Positions 44,627 to 53,884 of a DNA stretch of 64,000 bases are shown piece after piece. Numbering within the stretch: position 1 is the stretch's first letter; every line of letters begins with the position of its first letter. A program made the position numbers and the translations under genes. This DNA comes from an uncultured Solirubrobacterales bacterium (GTDB lineage: Bacteria; Actinomycetota; Thermoleophilia; Solirubrobacterales; Solirubrobacteraceae): contig CAWBGR010000012.1 of NCBI GenBank assembly GCA_963788385.1, forward strand, positions 24,843-88,842, given 5' to 3'. The notes beneath the pieces were generated by a model. That model saw only the letters and a program-made list of their open reading frames with translations. It was not told where the DNA came from and ran no database searches.

Positions 44627-46030
44627 TCAGCGCGCGACCATCGTCGCCGCGGCGTCGCGGCTGCGAACCAGCACGACCGCGGTCACGCCGCCGAGTGCCG
44701 CGAGGGCCACCAGGGCCAGATAGGCGCCGTGGAAGGCGCCCAAGCGCGGCCCGGCGACGCTGGCCACGATCGCCGAGAGGATCGCCACGACAACCGCCAC
44801 CGACGCCTGTCGCGCGGTGTTGTATATCGCCGAGGCGTGACCGATGTCGGCCGGCGGGATCGTCGTGAACATCGCTGTCTGAACAGCGAGAAACGGCGCG
44901 GAGTTGGCGCCGCCGACGCAGAACATCAGACCGCGCACGAGCCACGGGTTCGTACCGGCGTCGACGAACTGAAAGCACAGCAGCAGTGCCGCCAGGACGA
45001 ACGCGCCGCCCGCCGCCATCCGGCGCGGGCCGAGCAGCGGATAGAGGCGCCCCACCGACTGCGAGGCGACAGCGACTCCGATGGCCTCCATGAACGTCGT
45101 CGTGCCAGAGGCGATCGGCGTGTAGCCGGCGACCTCCTGCAGGAAGATCGGCGTGAGGTACAGGGTGCCGAGAAATGCGCCGCTGGTGAGCACGAACACC
45201 ATGTTGGTGGAGCGAAACAGGCGATCGTGCAGCAGGCGCAGGTTCAGCAGCGGATTGGCGTTGTGGTACTCGGCATGCGTGAACGCGATCAGCGAGGCGG
45301 CGCCGAGCAAACCCGAGAGCACGATCGGCGGCGAGCCCCAGCCGTGGACCGAGCCCTCGTTCAGCGCGTAGAGCACGAGCGCCAGCCCGCCGCCCCCGAG
45401 CATGAATCCGCCCAGATCGAACCGCCCGCGGGCGGCCTCGCGGTGTTCAACGAGCGTGACGGCGCAGAACGCGAACACCAGCACGCCGATGGGGACGTTG
45501 ACCAGGAAGACCCAGCGCCAGGAGGCGTCCTGGGTGAAGATCCCGCCGATGATCGGCGCGCTCGCGGGAGCGATGATGATCGGCAGAAGGACCGTGCGGG
45601 TCAGCCGCGCCCGCCGCTCCGGCGGATAGGCGCGAAAAAGCATCGCCGTGCCCGCCGGCACCAGGAGCCCCCCGCCGGCGCCCTGGAGGACGCGTGCCGC
45701 GATCAGTTCGCCGAGGCTCTGCGCCGCCCCGCACGCGGCCGACGCCAGGGTGAATATCGCCAGCGCTGCCAGAAACGTCCGCTTCGTGCCGGCGCGATCG
45801 CCGATCCAGCCCGAAGCGGGGATTAACACGGCAAGGCTCAGCACGTAGCCGAGAACGGTCCAGTCGACGCTGGCAATCGAGGCGCCGAAATCGCGGCTCA
45901 GCGTGGGCAGAGCGACGTTGACGATGTGCAGATCCATCGCCGTCATGAAGACGCCGCTGACGTAGGCGACGATGACCGCGACGCTGGCCGCCGGTCGTCC
46001 GAGGACTCTCAATCGCTCATGCTCCTGCAT
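44627..46030 (-). CDS. MFS transporter, DHA2 (EmrB/QacA, 14-TM) drug:H+ antiporter family
   Basis: MDLHIVNVALPTLSRDFGAS...WTVLGYVLSLAVLIPASGWIGDRAGTKRTFL...ARVLQGAGGG. 467 aa, 14 hydrophobic segments. Confidence 0.9.
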   Translation of the reverse strand: MQEHERLRVLGRPAASVAVIVAYVSGVFMTAMDLHIVNVALPTLSRDFGASIASVDWTVLGYVLSLAVLIPASGWIGDRAGTKRTFLAALAIFTLASAACGAAQSLGELIAARVLQGAGGGLLVPAGTAMLFRAYPPERRARLTRTVLLPIIIAPASAPIIGGIFTQDASWRWVFLVNVPIGVLVFAFCAVTLVEHREAARGRFDLGGFMLGGGGLALVLYALNEGSVHGWGSPPIVLSGLLGAASLIAFTHAEYHNANPLLNLRLLHDRLFRSTNMVFVLTSGAFLGTLYLTPIFLQEVAGYTPIASGTTTFMEAIGVAVASQSVGRLYPLLGPRRMAAGGAFVLAALLLCFQFVDAGTNPWLVRGLMFCVGGANSAPFLAVQTAMFTTIPPADIGHASAIYNTARQASVAVVVAILSAIVASVAGPRLGAFHGAYLALVALAALGGVTAVVLVRSRDAAATMVAR

Positions 46031-46215
46031 GCATACTCGCCGACTTGACAGCCGGCGCGCGGCCTGACGCGACCAGGCCGTCTGCTACGGTTGACTGGCG
46101 GTCGGCATGCTCGGCCGCGAGGCAGCTCGCTTGGGTCCCTTGTTCATCGAGGTTTCGGGTCAGCCATAGCCTCCCGAATCTCTCGCGGCCAAGCGCCGCC
46201 GAACAGGAGTCATCC

Positions 46216-47487
46216 ATGTCCAAAACGTCCTTCGCCGAGCTCGGCGTGTCGCGCACTGTCGTCGACGCGCTTGCGCGCGGCGGCGTCACGCATCCGTTCC
46301 CCGTCCAGAGTCTTGTGATCGGCGAGGTCCTCGCCGGCCACGACGTGCTCGTGCGTTCACCAACCGGCTCCGGCAAGACGCTCGCCTTCGCCCTGCCGCT
46401 GGTCGAGCGCATCGCCGCGGACGCTGCGCGGCCCGCAGCGCTGATCCTTGCCCCGACGCGCGAGCTCGTCGTGCAGATCGCCGAGGAGCTCTACCCGATC
46501 GCCCATGCCCGCGCGCTCAAAACCGCGCCTGTGTACGGCGGCGTAGGTCTCTCACGGCAGTCCCAGATCGCTGCGCGCGCACACATCCTCGTAGCGACAC
46601 CGGGCCGCCTCGAAGACCTGATCGCGCGCAGAGCGTTCGATCTCGACGCCATCCAGATGCTTGTGCTTGACGAGGCCGACCGCATGCTCGACATGGGCTT
46701 CCGGCCTGCCGTCGACCGCATCGTGCGCCTCTGTCCCGCCGACCGCCAGACGCTGTTCTTTTCGGCCACCCTGTCCGGGGAGACGGGCCGCGTGGCGAAG
46801 GCCTATACGCGCAACGCGGTGCGCCTCGAGCACACGCCTGACCCCGGGCACGCCGCGGCGAGCGTCGAGCACCGCTTCGTGGAGGTCGAAACCCAGTCTC
46901 GCGTTGCCGCGCTCGTCGCCGAACTCGGCGCCGAGCGCGATCTGACCCTCGTGTTCGTCCGCACCAAGCGGGGCGCCGACCGCCTGGTCAAGCGGCTCGG
47001 CGACCATGGTGTCACGGCCGTCGCGATGCACGGCAACCGCTCCCAGAGCCAGCGCGAGCGGGCGCTTGCAAGCTTCGAATCAGCCCACGTCAGGACGCTG
47101 GTCGCCACCGACGTTGCCGCCCGCGGCATCGACGTCGACCGCATCTCCCACGTCATCAACTTCGACCCGCCGGAGGATCGCGACGCTTACGTCCATCGCG
47201 TCGGCCGCACGGGACGCGCGGGTCGCAGCGGCATCGGCATCACCTTCCACTCCGCCTCGGAACGCACCAAGATCGCCGGTCTGGCGGATGAGCTGGGGAT
47301 CGAACACGGCGTCGCCGCGGGGCTGCGCTCAGACGGCCCGCGGGCCGGTTCGCGCCCGGACGGCGCCAGATCGCCGGCACCGCGCCGCCCACGCAACAAG
47401 GGCCCGCGGTCCGGATCGGCGGCCGCCGCGGGCGGCGCCCCGGCCGCCGGACGCACGCGCTCCTACGGCAGGCAGAGGGGTCGCTAG
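46216..47487 (+). CDS. DEAD-box ATP-dependent RNA helicase with C-terminal Arg/Gly-rich tail
   Basis: Q-motif FPVQ, SPTGSGKT, PTRELV, DEAD (LVLDEADRMLD), SAT, HRVGRTGRAG. ATG at 46216 preceded by GGAG. Confidence 0.95.
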   Translation: MSKTSFAELGVSRTVVDALARGGVTHPFPVQSLVIGEVLAGHDVLVRSPTGSGKTLAFALPLVERIAADAARPAALILAPTRELVVQIAEELYPIAHARALKTAPVYGGVGLSRQSQIAARAHILVATPGRLEDLIARRAFDLDAIQMLVLDEADRMLDMGFRPAVDRIVRLCPADRQTLFFSATLSGETGRVAKAYTRNAVRLEHTPDPGHAAASVEHRFVEVETQSRVAALVAELGAERDLTLVFVRTKRGADRLVKRLGDHGVTAVAMHGNRSQSQRERALASFESAHVRTLVATDVAARGIDVDRISHVINFDPPEDRDAYVHRVGRTGRAGRSGIGITFHSASERTKIAGLADELGIEHGVAAGLRSDGPRAGSRPDGARSPAPRRPRNKGPRSGSAAAAGGAPAAGRTRSYGRQRGR

Positions 47488-47640
47488 TACCAACCTGGCC
47501 GGCGCGCCGTCAGGGATTGCGGCGCACCGGTCGGAACGCAACGTCCACGAGGCGGGGTGGCCCCTCCCCCCATGCTCGCTGCCGGCCCTCGCGCGTCAGG
47601 CGCCGGCGGGCCGCGGGAAGCGTGCGCGCGATCTCAGCGA

Positions 47641-47946
47641 TCAGATCTCGACGTGCACCTGGCCGCCCGAGAGCTTCACCGGATAGGTGCAAAGCGCAAC
47701 GCTGGCGGGCGGGCCCTTGGCCGCACCGTCGCGCAGATCGAAGCGGCCCTGATGCTTTGGGCATTCGATGACGTTGCCGATCACGAGGCCCTCGGCAAGA
47801 TGGGCGCGCTGGTGGGTGCAGATGCCGTCCGTGGCGAAGTACCCCTCCCGGGTGCGATAGATCGCCAGCACACGCTCGCCGACCGTCACCTCGATGACGT
47901 CCTCCTCCTCGATCTCCTGCGCACCGGCAACCGCAACCCAGGGCAT
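47641..47946 (-). CDS. Rieske [2Fe-2S] ferredoxin (101 aa)
   Basis: CTHQRAHL...17 aa...CPKHQGRF = CxH-x17-CxxH Rieske ligands. ATG at 47946, 2 nt after the stop of the desaturase gene. Confidence 0.85.
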   Translation of the reverse strand: MPWVAVAGAQEIEEEDVIEVTVGERVLAIYRTREGYFATDGICTHQRAHLAEGLVIGNVIECPKHQGRFDLRDGAAKGPPASVALCTYPVKLSGGQVHVEI

Positions 47947-47948
47947 CG

Positions 47949-49013
47949 TCAGACCGCGTCCTGCCCTGGGTCGGCGTCGATCTCCTGCGGCAGCGGGCGA
48001 TGCACCGAGTAGCTCGGCTCGCGCCGCTGTCGCCAGAGCGCGCGGATCATCTCGTTCCACGCCACCAGCGTGTTTGAGTACGCCGGAGGCGATTGGCTCG
48101 CGATCTCTCCGTGCAATCGAGCGAGCGCATGGAACGGCACCGTCGGATGCATGTGGTGCTCGACGTGGTAGTTCATGTTCCAGTAGAGCAGTCGCAGCAG
48201 CGGGTTCATGTGGACGGTGCGCGTGTTCTCGCGCCAGTCCGACACGTTCTCCTCCAGTCCGGCGTGCTGGATGAAGGTGACCCAGCTGTGCAGCGGCGCG
48301 CCGACGAAGCGGGCGACGAAGATGAAGAAGATCGGGTACCAGCTTTGGATCGCCACGGACAGCACGATCACGCCAGCGTAGAAGGCGACACAGGCTCGCG
48401 CCGACCACACGAGTTGGCGGTGATATGCCTTTGGTACCCAGCGCTTACCGAGGTCGTCCAGGCCGGTGAACGCGGTGCGGACCGTCGGCCACAGCCAGTT
48501 CACCACAGCGTTGTGGATCCGCATGAAGTCGAAGATCAGCGTGCCGAACTGCGGCGGGCGGTCGGTTGCGATCTCAGGGTCGATCTCGGAGTAGTAGGTG
48601 TAGGTGTGATGGCCGGCGTGCAGCCAGCGGTCGCGCAGCGGCTCCTTGAACGCGAACAGCCCGCTGACATGGTGAGCGACCTCGTTGATCCAGAGCGTGC
48701 GAAACGGGGTTCGATGATGGGTTTCATGCAGGATCGCCTCGCTGAAGGCGTAGACCGTCGCGTAGGCCAGGAAGCAGATCACCTTCAGCCAAAGCGGATG
48801 CGCGAGGACGGTGAGGGCGCCAAAGATCACGAGCAGCCCGAGGTAGCTCCCGAATCGCAGCAGACCAGGAACGTCGCTGCGCCGCTGCAGGGCTCGCATT
48901 CTGGCGCGCTCCACCGGGACCTTCGTCCAGTCGGGCTCCTCGAACAGCGGCATCCCGGTCGCGGGGTCCCACCGTTTCTCACGGCTCGCATCCGTGGCTG
49001 CGACCGGCATCAT
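47949..49013 (-). CDS. membrane fatty-acid-desaturase family (His-box di-iron) enzyme
   Basis: Three His boxes: HETHH, HAGHH and HVEHHMHP. Four hydrophobic segments. Confidence 0.85.
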   Translation of the reverse strand: MMPVAATDASREKRWDPATGMPLFEEPDWTKVPVERARMRALQRRSDVPGLLRFGSYLGLLVIFGALTVLAHPLWLKVICFLAYATVYAFSEAILHETHHRTPFRTLWINEVAHHVSGLFAFKEPLRDRWLHAGHHTYTYYSEIDPEIATDRPPQFGTLIFDFMRIHNAVVNWLWPTVRTAFTGLDDLGKRWVPKAYHRQLVWSARACVAFYAGVIVLSVAIQSWYPIFFIFVARFVGAPLHSWVTFIQHAGLEENVSDWRENTRTVHMNPLLRLLYWNMNYHVEHHMHPTVPFHALARLHGEIASQSPPAYSNTLVAWNEMIRALWRQRREPSYSVHRPLPQEIDADPGQDAV

Positions 49014-49657
49014 TTCCCTGCGTCCTCCGTCCTGCGTGCGGGTTGTCGTCAGCCCATGCTAGCCGCCGGGCTCCTCGCCGTCCGCAGAGCTGAGCCGTCA
49101 CTCGCGAGCCAGCGCGCAGCCCGACCGCGGCTTGAGCTCCGCGGCCGCGTTCAAGCGACACGCGACTGACCCCGCCGCTGGGCCTGCGGCGCAGCGTGGC
49201 GGCGGTCGCACCGCTTCTCTGTGTGCTGGCGACGCAAGCCGGCGGCGCGATGCCGCCAACGCTGTCCTTCGGCGCGCGCTTCACGCTCGCCGCAGGATTT
49301 CAGTACGACCTAGGGGCCGGCACATCGGCGCTGGGCCCCGACGGCACCGTGTGGGTCGCCCAGCCGCTGTCGCCATCGGGAGGATTCGAGATCGCTGCGC
49401 GGACGGCCGACGGCCACACGCTGCACCCCGGGGTCGCGGCCGGCAGCAGCCGGTCCCCTCCCCGGCTGGAGCCGTGTGAGGACCATTCGCCACAGCAGTT
49501 TTGGCAGATTCCAAGGCTTTCGGCCCCTGCCTCGGTGCATCCCCGCCCCCCGCCGATAGCGGCAGACCTTGACGCTATCGTTACGCTCGGTTGAGGCGCT
49601 GGTCGTCCGCGGGAACCCGATGCTGCGGATTCGGGGGCCGCGAGAAGAGGTAGGCGG

Positions 49658-50791
49658 ATGCCGAAGAAGCTTGTGGTCTGCTGCGACGGTACCTGGAACG
49701 TCCCGGACGAGATCCATGGCGGCGTGGGTGCGCCCACGAACGTCGCAAAGCTTGCGCTCGCCGTAGCCACGACTGCAGCCGGCGGGCAGCTGCTCTTCTA
49801 CGAGCCAGGCGTTGGAAGCACTCCCGACGAGCGGCTGCTCGGCGGCGCGTTCGGGTACGGGCTGTCGGCGAACGTGCGCAACTGTTACCGGTTTCTGGCG
49901 CAGGCATACGCCCCGGGCGATGAGATCTTCCTGTTCGGCTTCAGCAGGGGCGCGTACACGGCGCGGAGCGTGGCGGGACTGGTGCGCAACTGCGGGATAC
50001 TCCGCGCCGAGCACCTCGACCAGGTGGACGCGGCGTTCGCGTTCTACAGGGACCGCACCTCGCAAACCCATCCAGACGCGCTCGCGTCGCAGATCTTTCG
50101 CAAGATGTACTCGTGGGATCAGGAAGCAATCGAGTTCATCATTCACTTCATCGGCGTCTGGGACACCGTGGGCGCACTCGGAATCCCAGAAGGGCTTCCG
50201 GGCTGGTCCGAGATGTCGACGCGATTCACGGGCTGGGAGAAGCTGTGGGGCTTTCACGACACCCAGCTCAGTAGCCGCGTCCGCTTTGCCTACCATGCGC
50301 TCGCGATCGACGAGCAACGCGAGCCGTTCAAACCAACGCTGTGGACGCGTGACCCCGACAACAAGCAAGGCGGACAGACGCTCGAGCAGGTGTGGTTCTC
50401 TGGGGTGCATTCGGAGGTCGGGGGCGGATCCGCAGACCCATCACTCTCCGACATCGCACTCCTTTGGATGGTTGCGCACGCCACCGACTGCGGGCTCGTG
50501 CTGGAGCCCGGCCAGCTGAAGGTCGGCGCTGCGGTCGGCGCCGGGGAGGTCGTGGCTCCGAACTACGCAGCAACTATCCACGACTCACGCAGGGGGTTCT
50601 GGGAAGCGCTGCGTCCCTACCATCGACTCAAGGAGCTTCCGGTCGACGGAGCTCCGGGACAGTCGATCGCCTCGAGCGCCGACCGACGCTTCAGAGAAGC
50701 AGCCGAGCACTACTCCCCGCCCGGATTGCAGCACTACGTCGACGCATTGGGCATCACGGAAGTTCTCGAGGGCCCCCCGCCGCCCAGGTAG
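49658..50791 (+). CDS. DUF2235 alpha/beta-hydrolase (Tle1-type phospholipase-like)
   Basis: LVVCCDGTWN, nucleophile elbow FLFGFSRGAYTARS, IGVWDTVGALG, WFSGVHSEVGGG: the characteristic DUF2235 blocks. Confidence 0.85.
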   Translation: MPKKLVVCCDGTWNVPDEIHGGVGAPTNVAKLALAVATTAAGGQLLFYEPGVGSTPDERLLGGAFGYGLSANVRNCYRFLAQAYAPGDEIFLFGFSRGAYTARSVAGLVRNCGILRAEHLDQVDAAFAFYRDRTSQTHPDALASQIFRKMYSWDQEAIEFIIHFIGVWDTVGALGIPEGLPGWSEMSTRFTGWEKLWGFHDTQLSSRVRFAYHALAIDEQREPFKPTLWTRDPDNKQGGQTLEQVWFSGVHSEVGGGSADPSLSDIALLWMVAHATDCGLVLEPGQLKVGAAVGAGEVVAPNYAATIHDSRRGFWEALRPYHRLKELPVDGAPGQSIASSADRRFREAAEHYSPPGLQHYVDALGITEVLEGPPPPR

Positions 50792-50903
50792 CAGGCCCAG
50801 CGACGGCTCGCTGCACCCAGCTGCCACCAATCACGCCCCTCGGCCCGCCGGCGCCAGCTCGTGGCCTACGAGCGAGCGCCCTGGCGGTGGCGTCTGGGCG
50901 GCG

Positions 50904-53636
50904 CTACCCGGGGAGCGCGAGATGGAGATCAAACGCGAAGCTCAGGTGCCTGCGTGAGCCCGCCTGGCGCGGGTCGCGCAGTGGCCCTCTCTGATGATTG
51001 CTCCTGTTGCTCTGAAGCCGTCCGTCGCGCACGTCGCAGACGCTCGTGCTCCTGGCGAGAGGGCAGGCGACCTTCCGCTTGGCCGGAGCGCTCCCGGAAT
51101 CCGCGGATCCTGTCGCCGGCTCCTCCACGAAGCTCGTGGCAATCGTGAGCGCGTCGCCGTTGAAATCGTGCCACGTCCAGGTCGCGTCATAGATCCCCGG
51201 CTTCAGGCTCTTTATCGGCTTGCCAGACACGGTGTTGACGTCGCTCACCGTGATCGTCGGCTTCGTGCCATTCGCCGGCGTGATCGCCAGAAAAATGGGA
51301 TACGCGCTCGGGATGACCTCGTCGTTGGGACCGAGGAAGGACGCCTGCGCGCGCGCGGTGAACCGCCCGTAGACAGTCTCGCCGTCAACCGGCGAGGTGC
51401 TCGATATGTCGGCGACCTCCGTCTGCGTGAGTCCCCCGCTGCGGTCGTCGGCCTGCACGATCGCCGCGTCCGAGAAGCCCTCCGCCGACCCGCTCGCCGG
51501 GCAGATCCGGCCGGTCAGCGTCGCGCCGTTCTGGCCTGTGAGCCCGGCGACCGAACTGGCTGGTGACGGCGTTGACGGTGGCGCCCCGTAGTAGAGGCCG
51601 GGCTGGCAGCGGCTGCCGGCGGCGAGCACCGTCTCTCCGCCGTAGACCACCGCCCGCAGGTGGGCCAGGTGCAGCGTCGTCAGCACCATTCGTCCGTTGC
51701 TCAGCGTCAGGACGTCGCCGCCGGTCAGCGGCGGGGCGCCGTTGAACGGGCCGACCACAATCGTGCCGCGCTGGCCGGCGCGGCCGGTGAGCGTGTCAGC
51801 ACCCCGTGCGCGGGTCACGCTGTACTTGGCGCCGGGAACAAGACCGGTGCACTCGGCGGCTCCGAACTGCAGGTCGGCCGTGCACGTGGGGAAGCCCGTG
51901 AGCCGCCGCAACGGCAGCACGTCCGCAAGCGGGCTGCTGAACGTCGACTGCGCGCCGGGCTCGCCGAGCTTCACGGTGAGCTTGACGAGCGCTCCGGTCT
52001 CGTTGCCCTGCGGGTCGAGCGACGGCTCGACCGGCTGGGGCTGCGTGAACGCGCGGTTGTCGACCGAGCTGAAGGTGACCGCCTCGCCGGCGGAGATCGG
52101 CCCGGTCGCGATCGTCGAGGTGTCGGTCTGCGTGTTGCAGGTGTCAGTCGGCGAGTAGTCGGTGGCGCCGACCTCGAGCGTGAGGACGCCCGTCTGGAAG
52201 CACGGACCGACCGTCACAAAGCCGCCGCTGCGGTTGCTGACGTCGCCTGCGTTGTCGAGGTCGGACCAGCCGGTCCACCCTCCCTCCGCGAACGGACTGC
52301 CGCCGTTTCCGGTTGTGATGAAGTCCGGCAGCAGCGGCGCGCCGGAGTAGGTCACCGTGATGAGGTCGCGGTCGTCGCCAACGGCGAAGGGCGCCAGCGA
52401 CAGCGACCACGCACCGTCAGCGCCCGTGGTCGTGGAGGCCTGAACCACCTTGGTGGCGAGCGAGCTCGCGGGCGTGGTCGCACCCGAGATCGACGGTGCG
52501 CTCGCCGGCGTGCTCGCGCCCGAACCCCGCCGCTTGCGGTAAACGGCGACGGTGACCCGTACACCTGCGGTGTCTGAGCTGACGTTGCCGCTCACCGTGC
52601 TGCTGAACTGCGTCAAGTTGATCTGCGGGAGCGGCAGCGGGGATGCGGTCTGGGTCGTTCGCTGCACGCAGCCCCCGTCGTCGTTTGACCACATCTCCTG
52701 TATCAGGTACTCGTGGCCGCCGATGAGCTGGTCGTAGGGAGAGCCGTTCGCGGCGTAGCCGAGCGGGTTTCCTATCTGTGGGCCGGTCTCGCACTTGTCG
52801 GCCACCTCGTAGCCGTCGGGGTCCAGCCAGCCGGTGCCCTCGGGATCGGTGATCGCCTCCACCGTCTCGTGCGCGATCGTGTCGACCGTCGCCTCGGCGT
52901 CGGGATTACCTTCGGGATCGCCGCCCGGGACAGCTACGACCTCGACGATCGGGTCGATGATCACGCCGTAGATCGTGACGCCGTGGGCCCGGTTCATTTC
53001 CTCGTGGTAGCCGGCGAAGGTGTTGCTGCCGCAGGAGCCGACGGCGATGCATTCATCGACGTTCGCCGGCAGCAGCACGAACCAGAGGTTGCCCAGGCCG
53101 CGCTCGTCCGCCGGAGCGACCGAGTCGATCTCAGCCTGGACCTGGCCGTCGGTCACGCAGGTCTGCACGCCGTTCGGTGACGCGCAGCCACCCGACGCCG
53201 GATAGGCGTCGCCGTCGTCGATCGAGTCGCTCGCCGCGTTGAAGGCGATCGAGTAGCTGCCAAGCACAGCGGTGGAGCTACCGGTCTGCTGCCCGTACTG
53301 GCGCAGGACCGAGAAGACGTTGCTCGTCGTGCCGCTCGCGGCGGACGCGTCGGTCAGGAACTGCTTCACGAGCGGCTCGTAGCCCGGGGTGAAGGCGTAG
53401 CCGGCCGGCGCCCAGAAGATCGTGTGGACGACGACGTTCGCGGCCATCACCGCGCCGCCGTGGTAGTCGGCGGCCGTCTGATCGCCGGTCGCGATGTCGG
53501 TGTTCGCATACGAGGGGAAGAGCCCGAGCGCCCCACCGATACGCGGCTTGAACGTCGTGCTCGCCAGGGCGCTGCCGCTCCACAGCGCCAACACCGCGAA
53601 CGTCGCGGCCCCCAACCCGATAGCTCTGCGCATCAT
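50904..53636 (-). CDS. large secreted protein of unknown function (~910 aa)
   Basis: MMRRAIGLGAATFAVLALWSGSALAS signal peptide with GGAGG just upstream. N-terminal ~330-aa Cys-containing domain (YHGGAVM...IFWAP..., AHETVEAITDPEGTGW), then a long beta-rich Thr/Gly/Ser region. The longest ORF extends to 53888 but overlaps modC. Confidence 0.7.
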   Translation of the reverse strand: MMRRAIGLGAATFAVLALWSGSALASTTFKPRIGGALGLFPSYANTDIATGDQTAADYHGGAVMAANVVVHTIFWAPAGYAFTPGYEPLVKQFLTDASAASGTTSNVFSVLRQYGQQTGSSTAVLGSYSIAFNAASDSIDDGDAYPASGGCASPNGVQTCVTDGQVQAEIDSVAPADERGLGNLWFVLLPANVDECIAVGSCGSNTFAGYHEEMNRAHGVTIYGVIIDPIVEVVAVPGGDPEGNPDAEATVDTIAHETVEAITDPEGTGWLDPDGYEVADKCETGPQIGNPLGYAANGSPYDQLIGGHEYLIQEMWSNDDGGCVQRTTQTASPLPLPQINLTQFSSTVSGNVSSDTAGVRVTVAVYRKRRGSGASTPASAPSISGATTPASSLATKVVQASTTTGADGAWSLSLAPFAVGDDRDLITVTYSGAPLLPDFITTGNGGSPFAEGGWTGWSDLDNAGDVSNRSGGFVTVGPCFQTGVLTLEVGATDYSPTDTCNTQTDTSTIATGPISAGEAVTFSSVDNRAFTQPQPVEPSLDPQGNETGALVKLTVKLGEPGAQSTFSSPLADVLPLRRLTGFPTCTADLQFGAAECTGLVPGAKYSVTRARGADTLTGRAGQRGTIVVGPFNGAPPLTGGDVLTLSNGRMVLTTLHLAHLRAVVYGGETVLAAGSRCQPGLYYGAPPSTPSPASSVAGLTGQNGATLTGRICPASGSAEGFSDAAIVQADDRSGGLTQTEVADISSTSPVDGETVYGRFTARAQASFLGPNDEVIPSAYPIFLAITPANGTKPTITVSDVNTVSGKPIKSLKPGIYDATWTWHDFNGDALTIATSFVEEPATGSADSGSAPAKRKVACPLARSTSVCDVRDGRLQSNRSNHQRGPLRDPRQAGSRRHLSFAFDLHLALPG

Positions 53637-53884
53637 GCCTCCTCGGCTCGTCCAGAAGTCGCGTGGCCGCGCGCACGACTCCATGGCGGCAGCTTCGCAT
53701 GTCGGTGTGGTCCACGACCGCAGCCCAGGATACGAGCAGCGGGCCTCGAGCGCGACTGGGAACGATGGGCATGGCTCTCCACGGCGCATTACGGCGGCCG
53801 CCGTGTGCGATTTTCTGGCCGCGATCGCGATGCCGCAAGCGCCGCTGGCACACGGTTGGTCGCGGGGAACTTTTGCCCTTCGGG

